This document shows positions 17,905 through 28,100 of a DNA stretch of 32,000 bases, in pieces. The notes beneath the pieces were generated by a model. The model ran no database searches, was not told the DNA's origin, and was given only the letters and a program-made list of their open reading frames with translations. Origin of the DNA: Acaryochloris marina S15 (GTDB taxonomy: Bacteria > Cyanobacteriota > Cyanobacteriia > Thermosynechococcales > Thermosynechococcaceae). How positions within the stretch are numbered: the first letter of the stretch is position 1; the number at the start of each line of letters is the position of its first letter. Location: contig NZ_CP064926.1 of NCBI RefSeq assembly GCF_018336915.1, positions 1 to 32,000 on the forward strand, given 5' to 3'. A program made the translations under genes and the position numbers.

Positions 17905-18975
17905 TTAAGATATTTGCAAAGGGGTATTTGGATATCCTAATTTGTATTCCTCACCCTTTTGAAAAGTAGCCCGAATCCGTCCAATTAGTTTTCGAGCAAC
18001 AGCAACAATGGCCTTCTTCTTTCCTGTCCTTGGGAAAAGTCGGTTAAAAAACTGAGCTAGAGCTTGGTCTTTCTCAATGGCTCTCCAAGCGATCTCAATG
18101 AGGATACTTCGGACTTGAACATTGCCCTGATGAGTAATATGTCCCCTACGGATCGCTTCACCACTGGAATGTTCACTGGGGGTCAGACCTGTGTATGAAA
18201 ATAACTGGCGTTCGTTCTTAAACTGAGACATATCCCCCAACTCATTCGATAATACCCGAGCAGACTGTGGCCCAACACCTGGAGCAGATCGGTAGGTCTT
18301 TTCGTTAGGATCTTCTTTGGCTTGTTGTTTGAGTTCTTGCTCAATCTTTTTGATTTCTTCGTCTAGACTTTTCCAGACATTCCAATAAGCATTAATCACA
18401 ATTATCAATTCTTTGGATGTTGCATTAGCCAGAATTTCTTTGACAAGTTTATGAGTCATTTCACGAGTTTCATCGGCATCAATTAAACCAAATTGATGAA
18501 ACTTCATCCTGATTTTATTCTTTATCGCAGCGCAATCTTCAACAAGCTGTTTTCTGGTCCGACTCAATAATCGATGTGCTTCTTCTTCCTCACTGGGAAT
18601 GCGAATTCCCTTTAAGCGTTTTGCTTCCAAAAGCGAAGATAGTTTAAGTGCATCACGTTTATCTGTTTTGACCCGGTTATTGATAGCAACTTCAATCCCG
18701 GCGGCATGCACTACTAGGTTCTGGATCCCATGCGCCTTAAGTTCTCGATGTAACACAAAACCTGAAAAACCAGCTTCATAAGCACTATAGATCGTGGCAC
18801 CATCAAAATATTTGAGGAGTTGTTGGGCTAATGATTTTGGAGAGGCTTTCGTTGTCCATTTCTTGACGACCTCCTCCTCGACCCTAGCAACAACTGTATA
18901 AGTCTTCTTGTGTACATCAATCCCAATGAAGACTTCTTTCCCAACGTAAGATCTTTCTTTCGTATTCTTCTTCAT
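17905..18975 (-). CDS. IS110-family (DEDD) transposase/recombinase
   Basis: FIGIDVHKKTY, ..AYEAGFSGF.., VKTDKRDALKL, SAPGVGPQSARVL, YTGLTPSEHSSGE, AVARKLIGRI. AAGGAG lies upstream of ATG 18975. Confidence 0.9.
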   Translation of the reverse strand: MKKNTKERSYVGKEVFIGIDVHKKTYTVVARVEEEVVKKWTTKASPKSLAQQLLKYFDGATIYSAYEAGFSGFVLHRELKAHGIQNLVVHAAGIEVAINNRVKTDKRDALKLSSLLEAKRLKGIRIPSEEEEAHRLLSRTRKQLVEDCAAIKNKIRMKFHQFGLIDADETREMTHKLVKEILANATSKELIIVINAYWNVWKSLDEEIKKIEQELKQQAKEDPNEKTYRSAPGVGPQSARVLSNELGDMSQFKNERQLFSYTGLTPSEHSSGEAIRRGHITHQGNVQVRSILIEIAWRAIEKDQALAQFFNRLFPRTGKKKAIVAVARKLIGRIRATFQKGEEYKLGYPNTPLQIS

Positions 18976-20255
18976 GATGGAACTCCTTGATATCTAATCA
19001 GAGAAGTAAATGTATCCCTAGTATTTAGGCTTGCACCTTGTTGAGTGCTTTGCAATCCATCATAGAAACATCTGAGTGAAAGTCAGTATCTAACCCTCCA
19101 ACTTCTGTTGTTACTGATACAGGCTCATCGCCAGGTAAAACTCTCCATATTGGCCAGTGTCTTTCCTCAACCGATTCAATATCCCAGTCGAAAACGTAAC
19201 TTGCAACGCTTTTTAGTATTGCCACAACTGAGCATCAAAGTTTTGTGGTTCCCCCTGATTAAATATTGGATTCGACAAGAGCAAACAGGACGAGGATTAA
19301 ATCGGGAGCATCGTCGTCGGCTGAAGAAATTCAAACATCGAAAATATGGCTATTGGATCATAGCGATAGATAGAACCCAATGGAAAGGTCGCAATATATT
19401 CATGGTGAGTATCATTTGGGGAACCCATTCTCTTCCCCTGTATTGGGAAGTTTTAGAGCATGTGGGTAATAGTAATCTAGCCACTCAACAACGGCTCTTA
19501 AAAACAGTGCTACATCTGTTTAAGAATTATCCGGTTCTTGTCCTGGGAGATCGAGAGTTCCATAGCCCTAAACTAGCTGACTGGCTTGAGTCTAAGGGTG
19601 TATCTTTTGCTTTAAGACAGAAGAAAGACGGTCATTTTCAAGAGGAAGTCCATCAAGAGTATCAGGTGCTCAAACAGCTAGGCTTTAAACCGGGAATGTC
19701 CAAATTCTATACAGGTGTTTTGTGCAACAAAGGAGATGGCTTAGGGCCATTTAATCTGGCTGTCTATTGGAAACGCAAATATAGAAATAAGGGGCCGAAA
19801 GAGCCTTGGTATATCTTGACCAATCTGCCGAGTCTCAAACAAGCACTGGACATTTATTCTTGTCGCTGGGGAATTGAACAACTTTTCAAGGATTGTAAGA
19901 CAGGAGGTTATAACTTAGAAGATACGAAAGTGAATGACACCCGATTTCTGGCCTTAGTTTTGTTGATTGCCATGGCTTATACCTTGGCTACGCTGCATGG
20001 GCAATGGATGAAAAAATTAGGAGTGGATATTTACGCTGGACGAATTAAAGAGCATAAAGATAAGACTCAACGGCAGAGTGAATTTAGTCTTGGACTCTAT
20101 GGGCAACGATGGATCTATGCCATGGAATTGTGGGCTGATTGGGTACGCCAACAGCAACTTACAACCTTGCAGGATCAACTATTAGCGTATCTTCGAGTCA
20201 ATCAACCCAGTATTCAGTTCTTAGTTGAAGGAGTTGATCAACATACTGAAACAGC

Positions 20256-21630
20256 GTTAGTGTCCCTATTTATTCGCCACGGTTTTTGAGGCGATCATGC
20301 TTGGCATGATCCCTACGAGAGACGAGAAAGAAAATCGCTAAACAGCTCTCCTCATTTGGGAAAGCACCAATTTCGTCAGCCTTGGTTCGGAATTTCCGGA
20401 ACAGCCTTTCTAGCGCATTGGAAGTACGAATCAGCGAATGAAGGGATTCATCAAAATCATAGAAACTCAAGGTCAGGGCAAAATCTTTGATGAAGGTTCT
20501 AACAGCATCGGGTTCAAGGTCTGTCCATTTCTGTGCAAACACGAGCAACGTCACAATCGCTTCTTCCCAGTCTGGCGCTTTATAGATAGCATAGGCATCG
20601 TGTTTAATTTGTGAATATCGCAGCTTCTTTGCTTCAGAGTGGGAGAGTTCTTGTCCTTGAGCATCCAGGTGTGGCAATTGCTCATAGCCCAAATGCCGGA
20701 GCATCGCTCGAACCTTGTGGGTAATGCATCGTTGATGTTGTGCGAGGGGAAACAGAGCGCGAATTACCTTAGGTAGTCCAGTGGTGCCATCACTGACAAT
20801 CAGCTTCACCAAATGGGTTTGCAATCCTCGGTGCCGCAGGTGCTCAAAGAACAGTAGCCAGGCTGCCTCAGATTCTTGGACAGCCATTTCGTAATGAAGA
20901 ACGGTTTGTGTCCCATCTGGCCATATCGCCATGGCCACTAAGATGACTCGGTCTTCCGCACGACGTAGCTTCCGGATATGTCCAGCTTGGTCTTCCCAAA
21001 AGTCTTCGGAGGCGCATTGAACACTCGCCCACACTCCATCAACAATCAGAATAAAAGGGGTTTTCTCAAGACGAGTTTGACGACTTTGGAGCATTTGCTT
21101 CTGAGCTTTGAGAGTAATCCGGTTAATGGCATTCACGGATAAAACTGCTCCCAGGATCTCATAGAGAGCTTCTTGCAAGTCTCGAAGCGATAAACCCATG
21201 ACATACAAGCCCAGGCAAAACTCTAGAAGGCTACCGAGGGCTCGTTGGTAACGCTCTAGAATCTTCCACTCTCGGTCTGCATTCCCTTTCCGTAGTTTCG
21301 GGACAGATAGTTGAGCAATCCTGCCGTACTGGGTATCAAGAACCCGCTGATAATAGCCTGAACGTCGAGGGCGAGTCCCTTGAAGCTCTGATAGATAAGC
21401 TTGGACTTCTTCGTCTAGTGCTGACTCTACTGCTATCTGGGTAACTCGGTTAGCCTCAAGGCGCAGGGTTGCTTCTAAAGCTTTGTTAATAGAGGCATAT
21501 GAACTTTGAGACTGGATACGGATAATCTGCTGCTCACGTTGGGAAATGTTCATCAAGGAGTGCTCCGAATTCTCTATTATCAGAGCATTTCAGCTATTCC
21601 AGCTCATGGCGAATAAATCAAGACACTAAC
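20256..21630 (-). mobile_element. IS256-family insertion sequence, copy B, complete (1375 bp) with 8-bp target-site duplication
   Basis: Terminal IRs: gttagtgtccctatttattcgccacg (20256-) against the reverse complement of the 21630 end, gttagtgtcttgatttattcgccatg (22/26). Direct repeat gaaacagc at 20248-20255 and 21631-21638. Confidence 0.9.
20270..21556 (-). CDS. IS256 (mutator-type) family transposase, intact
   Basis: 428-aa uninterrupted ORF with typical ..ILIVDGVW.., ..LIVSDGTTGL.., ..QRCITHKVR.. and ..SNALERLFRKFR.. blocks. Confidence 0.9.
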   Translation of the reverse strand: MMNISQREQQIIRIQSQSSYASINKALEATLRLEANRVTQIAVESALDEEVQAYLSELQGTRPRRSGYYQRVLDTQYGRIAQLSVPKLRKGNADREWKILERYQRALGSLLEFCLGLYVMGLSLRDLQEALYEILGAVLSVNAINRITLKAQKQMLQSRQTRLEKTPFILIVDGVWASVQCASEDFWEDQAGHIRKLRRAEDRVILVAMAIWPDGTQTVLHYEMAVQESEAAWLLFFEHLRHRGLQTHLVKLIVSDGTTGLPKVIRALFPLAQHQRCITHKVRAMLRHLGYEQLPHLDAQGQELSHSEAKKLRYSQIKHDAYAIYKAPDWEEAIVTLLVFAQKWTDLEPDAVRTFIKDFALTLSFYDFDESLHSLIRTSNALERLFRKFRTKADEIGAFPNEESCLAIFFLVSRRDHAKHDRLKNRGE

Positions 21631-22212
21631 GAAACAGCCCAGTCAGCCTATAGACACTTACAAACAATCATCGAGTTTGCCCAAGAGATTAATACCTTCA
21701 CCTGGCAGTTTCAGTCTCATAGCCATCAGCTTGTGGCCCAAGTGAAAACAGTCCAAGATCATCTCAATCGACATATTAACGCTCATTCGGCTGTAACTCA
21801 GCTTCAAGCACTGGAGAAACCGATGCAGCAACTTTCTCAGATCCGCATATTGGCTAGTCAACTCTCTTCCCAAATCCAGTTGCAGGCGGTGAACGTTGTA
21901 GGTAAAGCGACTCAGGAATCAGTTTCCGCTCCAGAATTATCTAGTGCAGCCCGAAAATACGTTCTTACAAGCATATAGTGCTTAAAGGGTAGGGTATGGT
22001 TCAACCAAGAGTAACACTTTTGGTTTTACGTTAGACCGGAAAAGTATTGACAAGAAAGGGATATGGAGTTTTGAACTGCGAGAGAGATGTTCTATTAGCC
22101 TTCTGGTACTTGAACCACGGCGTCAAAACTGAGAAATCTTCACACAATACTCAGGTTCGACCTCTAGTCTTAATCTTGAGAGTAAAAGATCCCCACTGAC
22201 TGGAGTATTCAA

Positions 22213-22539
22213 GTGATTTCACAAAAAATTCCAAGTACATCGAAAACAAGAGAGTCAAAAGCTTTTAATAAGGTGGATGATTTGTGTTTGAGCTGGTGGC
22301 TAGAGGTAGGCACTACAAATCCTCCTTGTATTAATTACTATGGGCCTTATGTAAGCCAAGTTAAGGCTGAAGCTGCAAAACAAGAATCTGAGAAGGAGTC
22401 CCAAAATATTTATTCTCACAGTCGATTATGCCAACCGCGTCAGCTCACAATTAAAGAGAAAGAAATGACCATTCAGGATTTAGAAGCATGTCCTCCCACA
22501 TTTTTTGAAGCCTTGCTAGGTAACCATCGTATTTATTAA
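22213..22539 (+). CDS. Small hypothetical protein resembling the cyanobacterial DUF1816 family
   Basis: LSWWLEVGTTNPPCINYYGPYVSQVKAEAA....CQPRQLTI resembles the AWW.EI.T..P.C.YYFGPF...EA....C.P..LTI pattern I recall for that family. GTG start is uncertain. Confidence 0.5.
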   Translation: MISQKIPSTSKTRESKAFNKVDDLCLSWWLEVGTTNPPCINYYGPYVSQVKAEAAKQESEKESQNIYSHSRLCQPRQLTIKEKEMTIQDLEACPPTFFEALLGNHRIY

Positions 22540-22929
22540 CACCATAAATAATATTTCTAGTAACTTCAAGTATGGTTCAATCTATGGCAATACTCTTGGT
22601 TTAACACTTGATCTCAGATCCACTTTCAAGCAGTGCTTGTAGGGCGTTAGATTATCTCAATACTATTGCTATGGCATCTAGTCTATGGACCATATTGTTG
22701 TTCGATACAGTTCAAAAAAGGGTGGCATTTTTTCTCTTGAGAAAAAGCTAAGAGCCATTTCAAGTCAAGAGTTTAGACTATTTATCTAAAAAAAACTGAC
22801 AACTCCTGAATAGTATTAATGATACTTAAGTTCATGTATTGTTCGAATTACTATTTTTAGATTCATTTTTTAGCATTTTCTTTACTGGTGACTAATCTTC
22901 AATTCAACATTATATTAAAGGAAATAATA

Positions 22930-23265
22930 ATGACAAGAATCTTAGAGAAATCAATCACTTGTGATGCAAGAGTTCAAAGAATTCGTTGTTGTTATACTAA
23001 TCCAACAACTGGATTTCAAATTATTCGTATTGTTAATCTTCCTAATTGTTTTTTTGAACGTGTAGTTTGTCCCGGTAAACAGATTTTTTTTGAAGCAACT
23101 TTAGATTCTCAGCTTGAGGTGCATTCTGGCATACTTGTCAGTGCACTTCTATCTGACACTATTCCTTGTTGCCGTTTAGCACTTGAACGGGTAAAAGTAT
23201 TATCAGATAAGGGTTTAGATAAGTTTCGTATCAATAAGACTGATTGTAAAACTGTCTTAGTTTAG
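22930..23265 (+). CDS. Small hypothetical protein resembling the cyanobacterial DUF1830 family
   Basis: CCYTNPTTGFQIIRIVNLPNCFFERVVCPGKQIFFEATLDSQLEVH matches the remembered C.Y.N.T...QI.RI.N...W.FERVVFPG..L.FEA pattern. aagga lies 8 nt before ATG 22930. Confidence 0.55.
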   Translation: MTRILEKSITCDARVQRIRCCYTNPTTGFQIIRIVNLPNCFFERVVCPGKQIFFEATLDSQLEVHSGILVSALLSDTIPCCRLALERVKVLSDKGLDKFRINKTDCKTVLV

Positions 23266-23336
23266 CTCATGAGTTGTTTAGAAAAGATCTCATCAGTCCA
23301 GTTATATACCGAAATAAGGTCTTGGTACAATATTTG

Positions 23337-23840
23337 TTAGCAGGCTGCTCTAACAAGCTTTTGATATTGAATGATTGATTCGATACTCATTAATGCAGCT
23401 TCTATACCTTGTTCAGCAATGGGTGAGATATGATCGCCAAGAAAAAAGTCATCGGCTGGAACTTTAATCCAATAAGTTTGTGGGTAACAACCAAAAGCAG
23501 CTTGAGTTAGTGCAATTAAGGAGTGTGGTTCTGATGTCTTCATCCATCCCTTAGCGGACGATTCTGGGTAGTTTGAACTTGAAGGCGTGATTGGTATGAT
23601 TTTGATGCCATGAAGTTGGTGTACCCGACTAGCATCCACAAAAATAGCTACCCCTACTTTAGCTAAGGTTTCGGATAAATCGGGAGTCAATTGCCGAACA
23701 GTCAAAGCAAGTACCTCGGATAGATGCCAAGACGCAACTTCATCGGCAACCCGAGCCCCAATACTACTATCGCTGTAATGTATGTTGCCGAAACCAATAA
23801 TGATTGTGGATTCTTGATGGCTACGAATTGAACTAGGCAT
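23337..23840 (-). CDS. Hydrogenase maturation endopeptidase family protein (HoxW/HupW-like)
   Basis: TIIIGFGNIHYSDSSIG (canonical GxGNxxxGDDxxG), QLTPDLSETLAKVGVAIFVDA, ..SEPHSL.., ..VPADDFFLGDHISP... No hydrogenase structural genes in the window. Confidence 0.7.
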   Translation of the reverse strand: MPSSIRSHQESTIIIGFGNIHYSDSSIGARVADEVASWHLSEVLALTVRQLTPDLSETLAKVGVAIFVDASRVHQLHGIKIIPITPSSSNYPESSAKGWMKTSEPHSLIALTQAAFGCYPQTYWIKVPADDFFLGDHISPIAEQGIEAALMSIESIIQYQKLVRAAC

Positions 23841-24333
23841 AACAAATTTATCACATCAGTAATTTGCATCATTTGCAACGGTGAGTAACCCTAGAATAGA
23901 TTTTCTAGCTAGAATCTGTATTGACTTCAGCCATAAGTAACTTTATAGGCATCAAATGAATTGGTCACAAGACATACCTTTAAAGAATAGGAATAAATTT
24001 GATTTAGGATTAACTTAAAGATGCTTATCAGCCAGCAAAATAAGCTTTTCTATAAAATAGTGACTTAGCCAAAAAGTGTCTAGTAAGTCATGCTATTGAA
24101 TCAATAAGGCATTGTTGTGTTGAGGCGTGATAGGAACTTCAAACCTAAACCTTGAAATTTTTTTAAGTATTTATGCTTAAAAATAGCTGGAGCATTCCAG
24201 TAAAGAGTCTCACAGATTTATCACTCCTTAAGAGAATAGTGCCAATCAATGATGATAAGTATTAAGAGCTAAATTAGTGATTTTAGTGTTACTAGTTATC
24301 GTTAAATTATAGACCTCAACGTCTTTTAAGTAA

Positions 24334-24362
24334 GTTGAGAGGCTTTTATTAAGCCTCTCAAT
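24334..24362 (-). terminator. Stem-loop downstream of rbp (possible terminator, no clear U-tract)
   Basis: gttgagaggctt-ttatt-aagcctctcaa, ~90 nt after the rbp stop. Confidence 0.35.
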
Positions 24363-24447
24363 ACTCAACTCTACCTACTGAGCATTTCACAATTTTGCTA
24401 AGTTAATACTCGAAGTGTTACCAAGTAGACATACTGCCACGATTCGT

Positions 24448-24699
24448 CTAACGAGTTCCCTTGGGTTTTGCTTTATTCACTTTGAGATTACGTTTCATCA
24501 CCTCGGTTCCATCCAGCGCTGTAATGGCAGCCTCTTCCTCGCTATTAGCTTTCATTTCCACAAAAGCGAAACCTCTGGGACGACTTGTTTCACGGTCTGT
24601 GGGAATATTGACCCTTGTTACCGTTCCATATTCTGAAAAGACAGTATTGACGTCTGCTTCAGTCATGTTAAAGGATAGGTTGCCCACATAAATTGACAT
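24448..24699 (-). CDS. RRM-type RNA-binding protein (cyanobacterial Rbp, short form without Gly-rich tail)
   Basis: MSIYVGNLSF (RNP2) and RGFAFVEM (RNP1). 83 aa from ATG 24699. Confidence 0.9.
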   Translation of the reverse strand: MSIYVGNLSFNMTEADVNTVFSEYGTVTRVNIPTDRETSRPRGFAFVEMKANSEEEAAITALDGTEVMKRNLKVNKAKPKGTR

Positions 24700-25169
24700 A
24701 ATTAATTTTCCCAAGATAAAAAGTGATTTTGTAAAGCATTGCTATATCTAGTCTTGAAGAATTTTACTCGTTCATCATTACTCACCTATCTAGGATGTTG
24801 AACTATGGTTAATTTCTTCTTCTGAAGATATAACTAAGTTGTGAGGAAATTGTGAGAATCAGTAGCTAATTTATCTATCTCTTAGGAAGGAGATCTTAGT
24901 TGAATGAACTTGTATCTAACCAGCCTTAATGCTCTGTATTGTGAATATTTCGTTCAAAACACTTTAATACATTAGCAAGGCTATACAATCCTTATTAAAA
25001 GATGCAAAGGAGTATCTACTGAAATCTATGAGGATTAATCAATAAACTCTTCGATCGTATTTATATACTTGGCTCTTAGATACACTCGAAAAATCTAATT
25101 TCTAACTTGAACTTCTTTCTAAGGCTTATATCTGCTTTCATTAAGATGTCCACTTAGCTATTCATAGTT

Positions 25170-28100
25170 ATGCGGCAAGTCTCAGCATTTGCGTTAGATC
25201 AGGCGCTCGATCTCCTTTCACTTAGTGTTGCGCCACATACGCCTTTGCCTGAAGCGATTTGCCAAATGGGTCAGACCTCGATTTGTGGTCATCTCCCTGC
25301 AACAGAGGAGGCAGAGCTTCAGCATCCATTATTGGCTGAGCAGCATACTAGTTGTGTTCTCGTGTTGGACGATTCTCAGCTAGTCGGCATCCTGACTCAG
25401 CGGGATATCGTCAGATTGATCGCAGAACATCAATCTCTAGCTGAACTAGCCGTTGAGGATGTTATGTCTCAGCCAGTCATCACCTTGAAAGCAGAGGACA
25501 ACCTGGATATCTTCTCGGTGTTAAATCTGATGCGCCATCATCAAATTCGCCATTTACCCATGGTGGATAATCAGGGGGAGATTCTAGGAGTACTGACACC
25601 GAGACGACTACGTAGTCTTCTAGAACCTGCTGATTTGATGAAAATGCGTCAAGTTCATGAAGTCATGACCTCGACTGTTATTCACGCTGTATCCACAGAT
25701 CCTGTGCAGCAAATTATCCAGATGATGGTGGAGCATCAAGCCAGTTGTTTGGTGATTGTTGAAACCATCGCAGGACCGACTAAACCTCTCTGCCCCATTG
25801 GGATTCTTACTGAGCGAGATATTATCAAGTGCCAGCAACAGGAGCTGAATTTGGAGCGTACTCAAGCCCAGGATGTGATGAGTACCCCCCTCTTTCTTGT
25901 GAGCCCGGAAGACTCACTGTGGACGGCACATATACGGATGGAGCACCATAAGGTACGACATCTCGTTGTGGCCGATCTTCAAGGGGAATTAAAGGGGATT
26001 GTTACACAGAGCCACCTCCTGCCGAGGGATCAAGAGGAGATTAGTGAGGTGCTGGAACTGCTGCAGCAACAGGTTCAAGATTTGCAAACAGAGTATGCCA
26101 AACTGCAGCAAAAGCGAACAGATGATTTAGTCCGGGAAGCCAATGTCCAAAAGGGCGTTAGAAAGCATCTTGACTCAAAACTTCGGGATGCCAATCAGCG
26201 CTTGACCTTTCACGTAGATAACTCTCCCCTTGCTGTCGTTGAGTGGGATTCTCAATTCCGAGTGCAGCGCTGGTCACAGCAGTCAGAGAATATCTTTGGT
26301 TGGAGTGCCTCAGAAGTCTTGGGTAAACACTGGACGGACTGGCATTTTGTGCTTGAAGCGGACTTAGAGGCGGTCATGGAAGTCACGGGTGAGCTATTGA
26401 CAGGTCATGCGCCACGAAATATTAGCCAGAGCCGTAACTATACCAAAGAGGGCTTGGTCATTGATTGTGAATGGTATCACTCTGCTCTCCTAGACGACTC
26501 AGATAATCTCATCAGTATTTTATCGCTCGCTCAAGATGTGACTACTCGCAAGCAGCTGAAGAAAGCACAGCAGGTTAGCAAAGAACGCTTGCAGTTAGCA
26601 CTTGAAGGCTCTGGGGATGGGCTGTGGGATTGGGATATCACCTCAGATGAGGTTTATTTAAGTCCCCAATGGTTAGCAATGCTGGGTTATGAAGTGAATG
26701 AACTCCCCGGACATGTCAGCACCTGGGAGAACCTGATCCATCCAAAAGATAAACCTTGGGTGATGGAACTTTTGGAGGCGCACCTTCAGGATGGAGAGGT
26801 TCCTTATACCTTTGACTATCGAATGCGGACCCAGTCAGGCGAATGGAAATGGATTGCCAATTATGGCAAAGTCGTGGTCCGCGATCCCGATGGCACACCA
26901 CTAAGGATGTCAGGAACCCACAAAGATATTAGCGAGCGCAAAAAAATCGAGGAGACTTTATGGGAAAGTGAAGAACGTTATGCTTTGGCTGTCAGAGGGT
27001 CTCAAGATGGTTTGTGGGATTGGGATATCCACACAAACGCCGTCTACTTATCCCCTCGGTTCAAGGAAATCATGGGATATCAGGATCATGAGTTGGCTAG
27101 CGAGTTTAAAGCCTGGGAGTCACAGATACATCCAGAAGACCACGATCTGGTTCTAGCCAAGATTGAGGACCATCTTAAGTCTCATCTTCCTTACGATATT
27201 GAGTACCGTTTACGTACCAAACAAGGCGACTATCTCTGGGTTCATGCCCGAGGTCAAGCCATTTGGAACAAAGATGGAGTTCCTCTGCGCATGGCAGGAT
27301 CCATCAGCGATATCAGCGAGCGCAAGCACACTGAAGTTGCTTTGCGGCGACAGGCATTAATCTTCCAGAGCATTAAGGATGGTGTGATTCTAACTGATTC
27401 AGCAGGTTGCATCATTGATTGGAATCCGGCAGCAGAAACGATATTCGGCTATACCAAAGCCGAGGTATTAGGCCAGACACCAGATATACTCCATCAACCT
27501 GGAGAATCTGTAACTCTAACTCAACAAATTATTGATGACATGAAACGTGAGGGGCAGTGGTCGGGTGAGATCGCCTTTGTTCGCAAAAATGGCACAATAG
27601 GCTTGTGCGAAACGGTTGTTGTCCCCTCTTGGATCAGAACGGTCAGTTCGTGGCAACCATCGGACTCAACCATGACATCACTGAACGACAGAAGGCAGAA
27701 AAGCAAATTCATGAGCAGGCTGCTCTGCTGAATATCACTACAGATGCGACGATGGTCCGCAGTTTAGATCACAAAATCTTATTCTGGAATCAAGGGGCTG
27801 AAAGACTCTATGGATGGCAGGCAAAAGACGTCTTAGGGCGAAATGTCAATGACCTTTTGTACCCGGAATCTTTGACACAGCTTGAGGACATTCAGAATGC
27901 ACTACGTGAGAACGGTACATGGCAGGGAGAGTTGCAGCAAGTAACCCATAGTGGCCAGGAGATAGTTGTGGATAGTCGCTGGACCTTAATGCAAGATGAC
28001 AATAGACAGCCATCCTCAATCCTGGTTGTGAACACCGATATTACTGAGAAAAAACAATTGGAAGCGCAATATCTGCGTGCTCAGCGACTAGAGAGCATTG

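Larger units (their letters stand above)
19075..21978 (+). pseudogene. IS4-family DDE transposase, split by IS256 copy B; N-terminus also disturbed
   Basis: IAIDRTQW, VLGDREF and YSCRWGIEQLFKDCKTGGYNLE motifs. Deleting 20256-21638 joins ..VDQHTETA to QSAYRHLQTIIEF... in frame through to the stop at 21978. Upstream of 19075 the likely N-terminus (..LLSALQSIIETSE) is in another frame. Confidence 0.75.

Noticed and set aside
23337-23840. Treating the HoxW-like protease as a novel orphan system because no hydrogenase genes are nearby
   Set aside because: As I recall, the Synechocystis hoxW gene is unlinked from the hox structural operon, so lack of linkage is not unusual. Only the altered N-terminal motif is noted.
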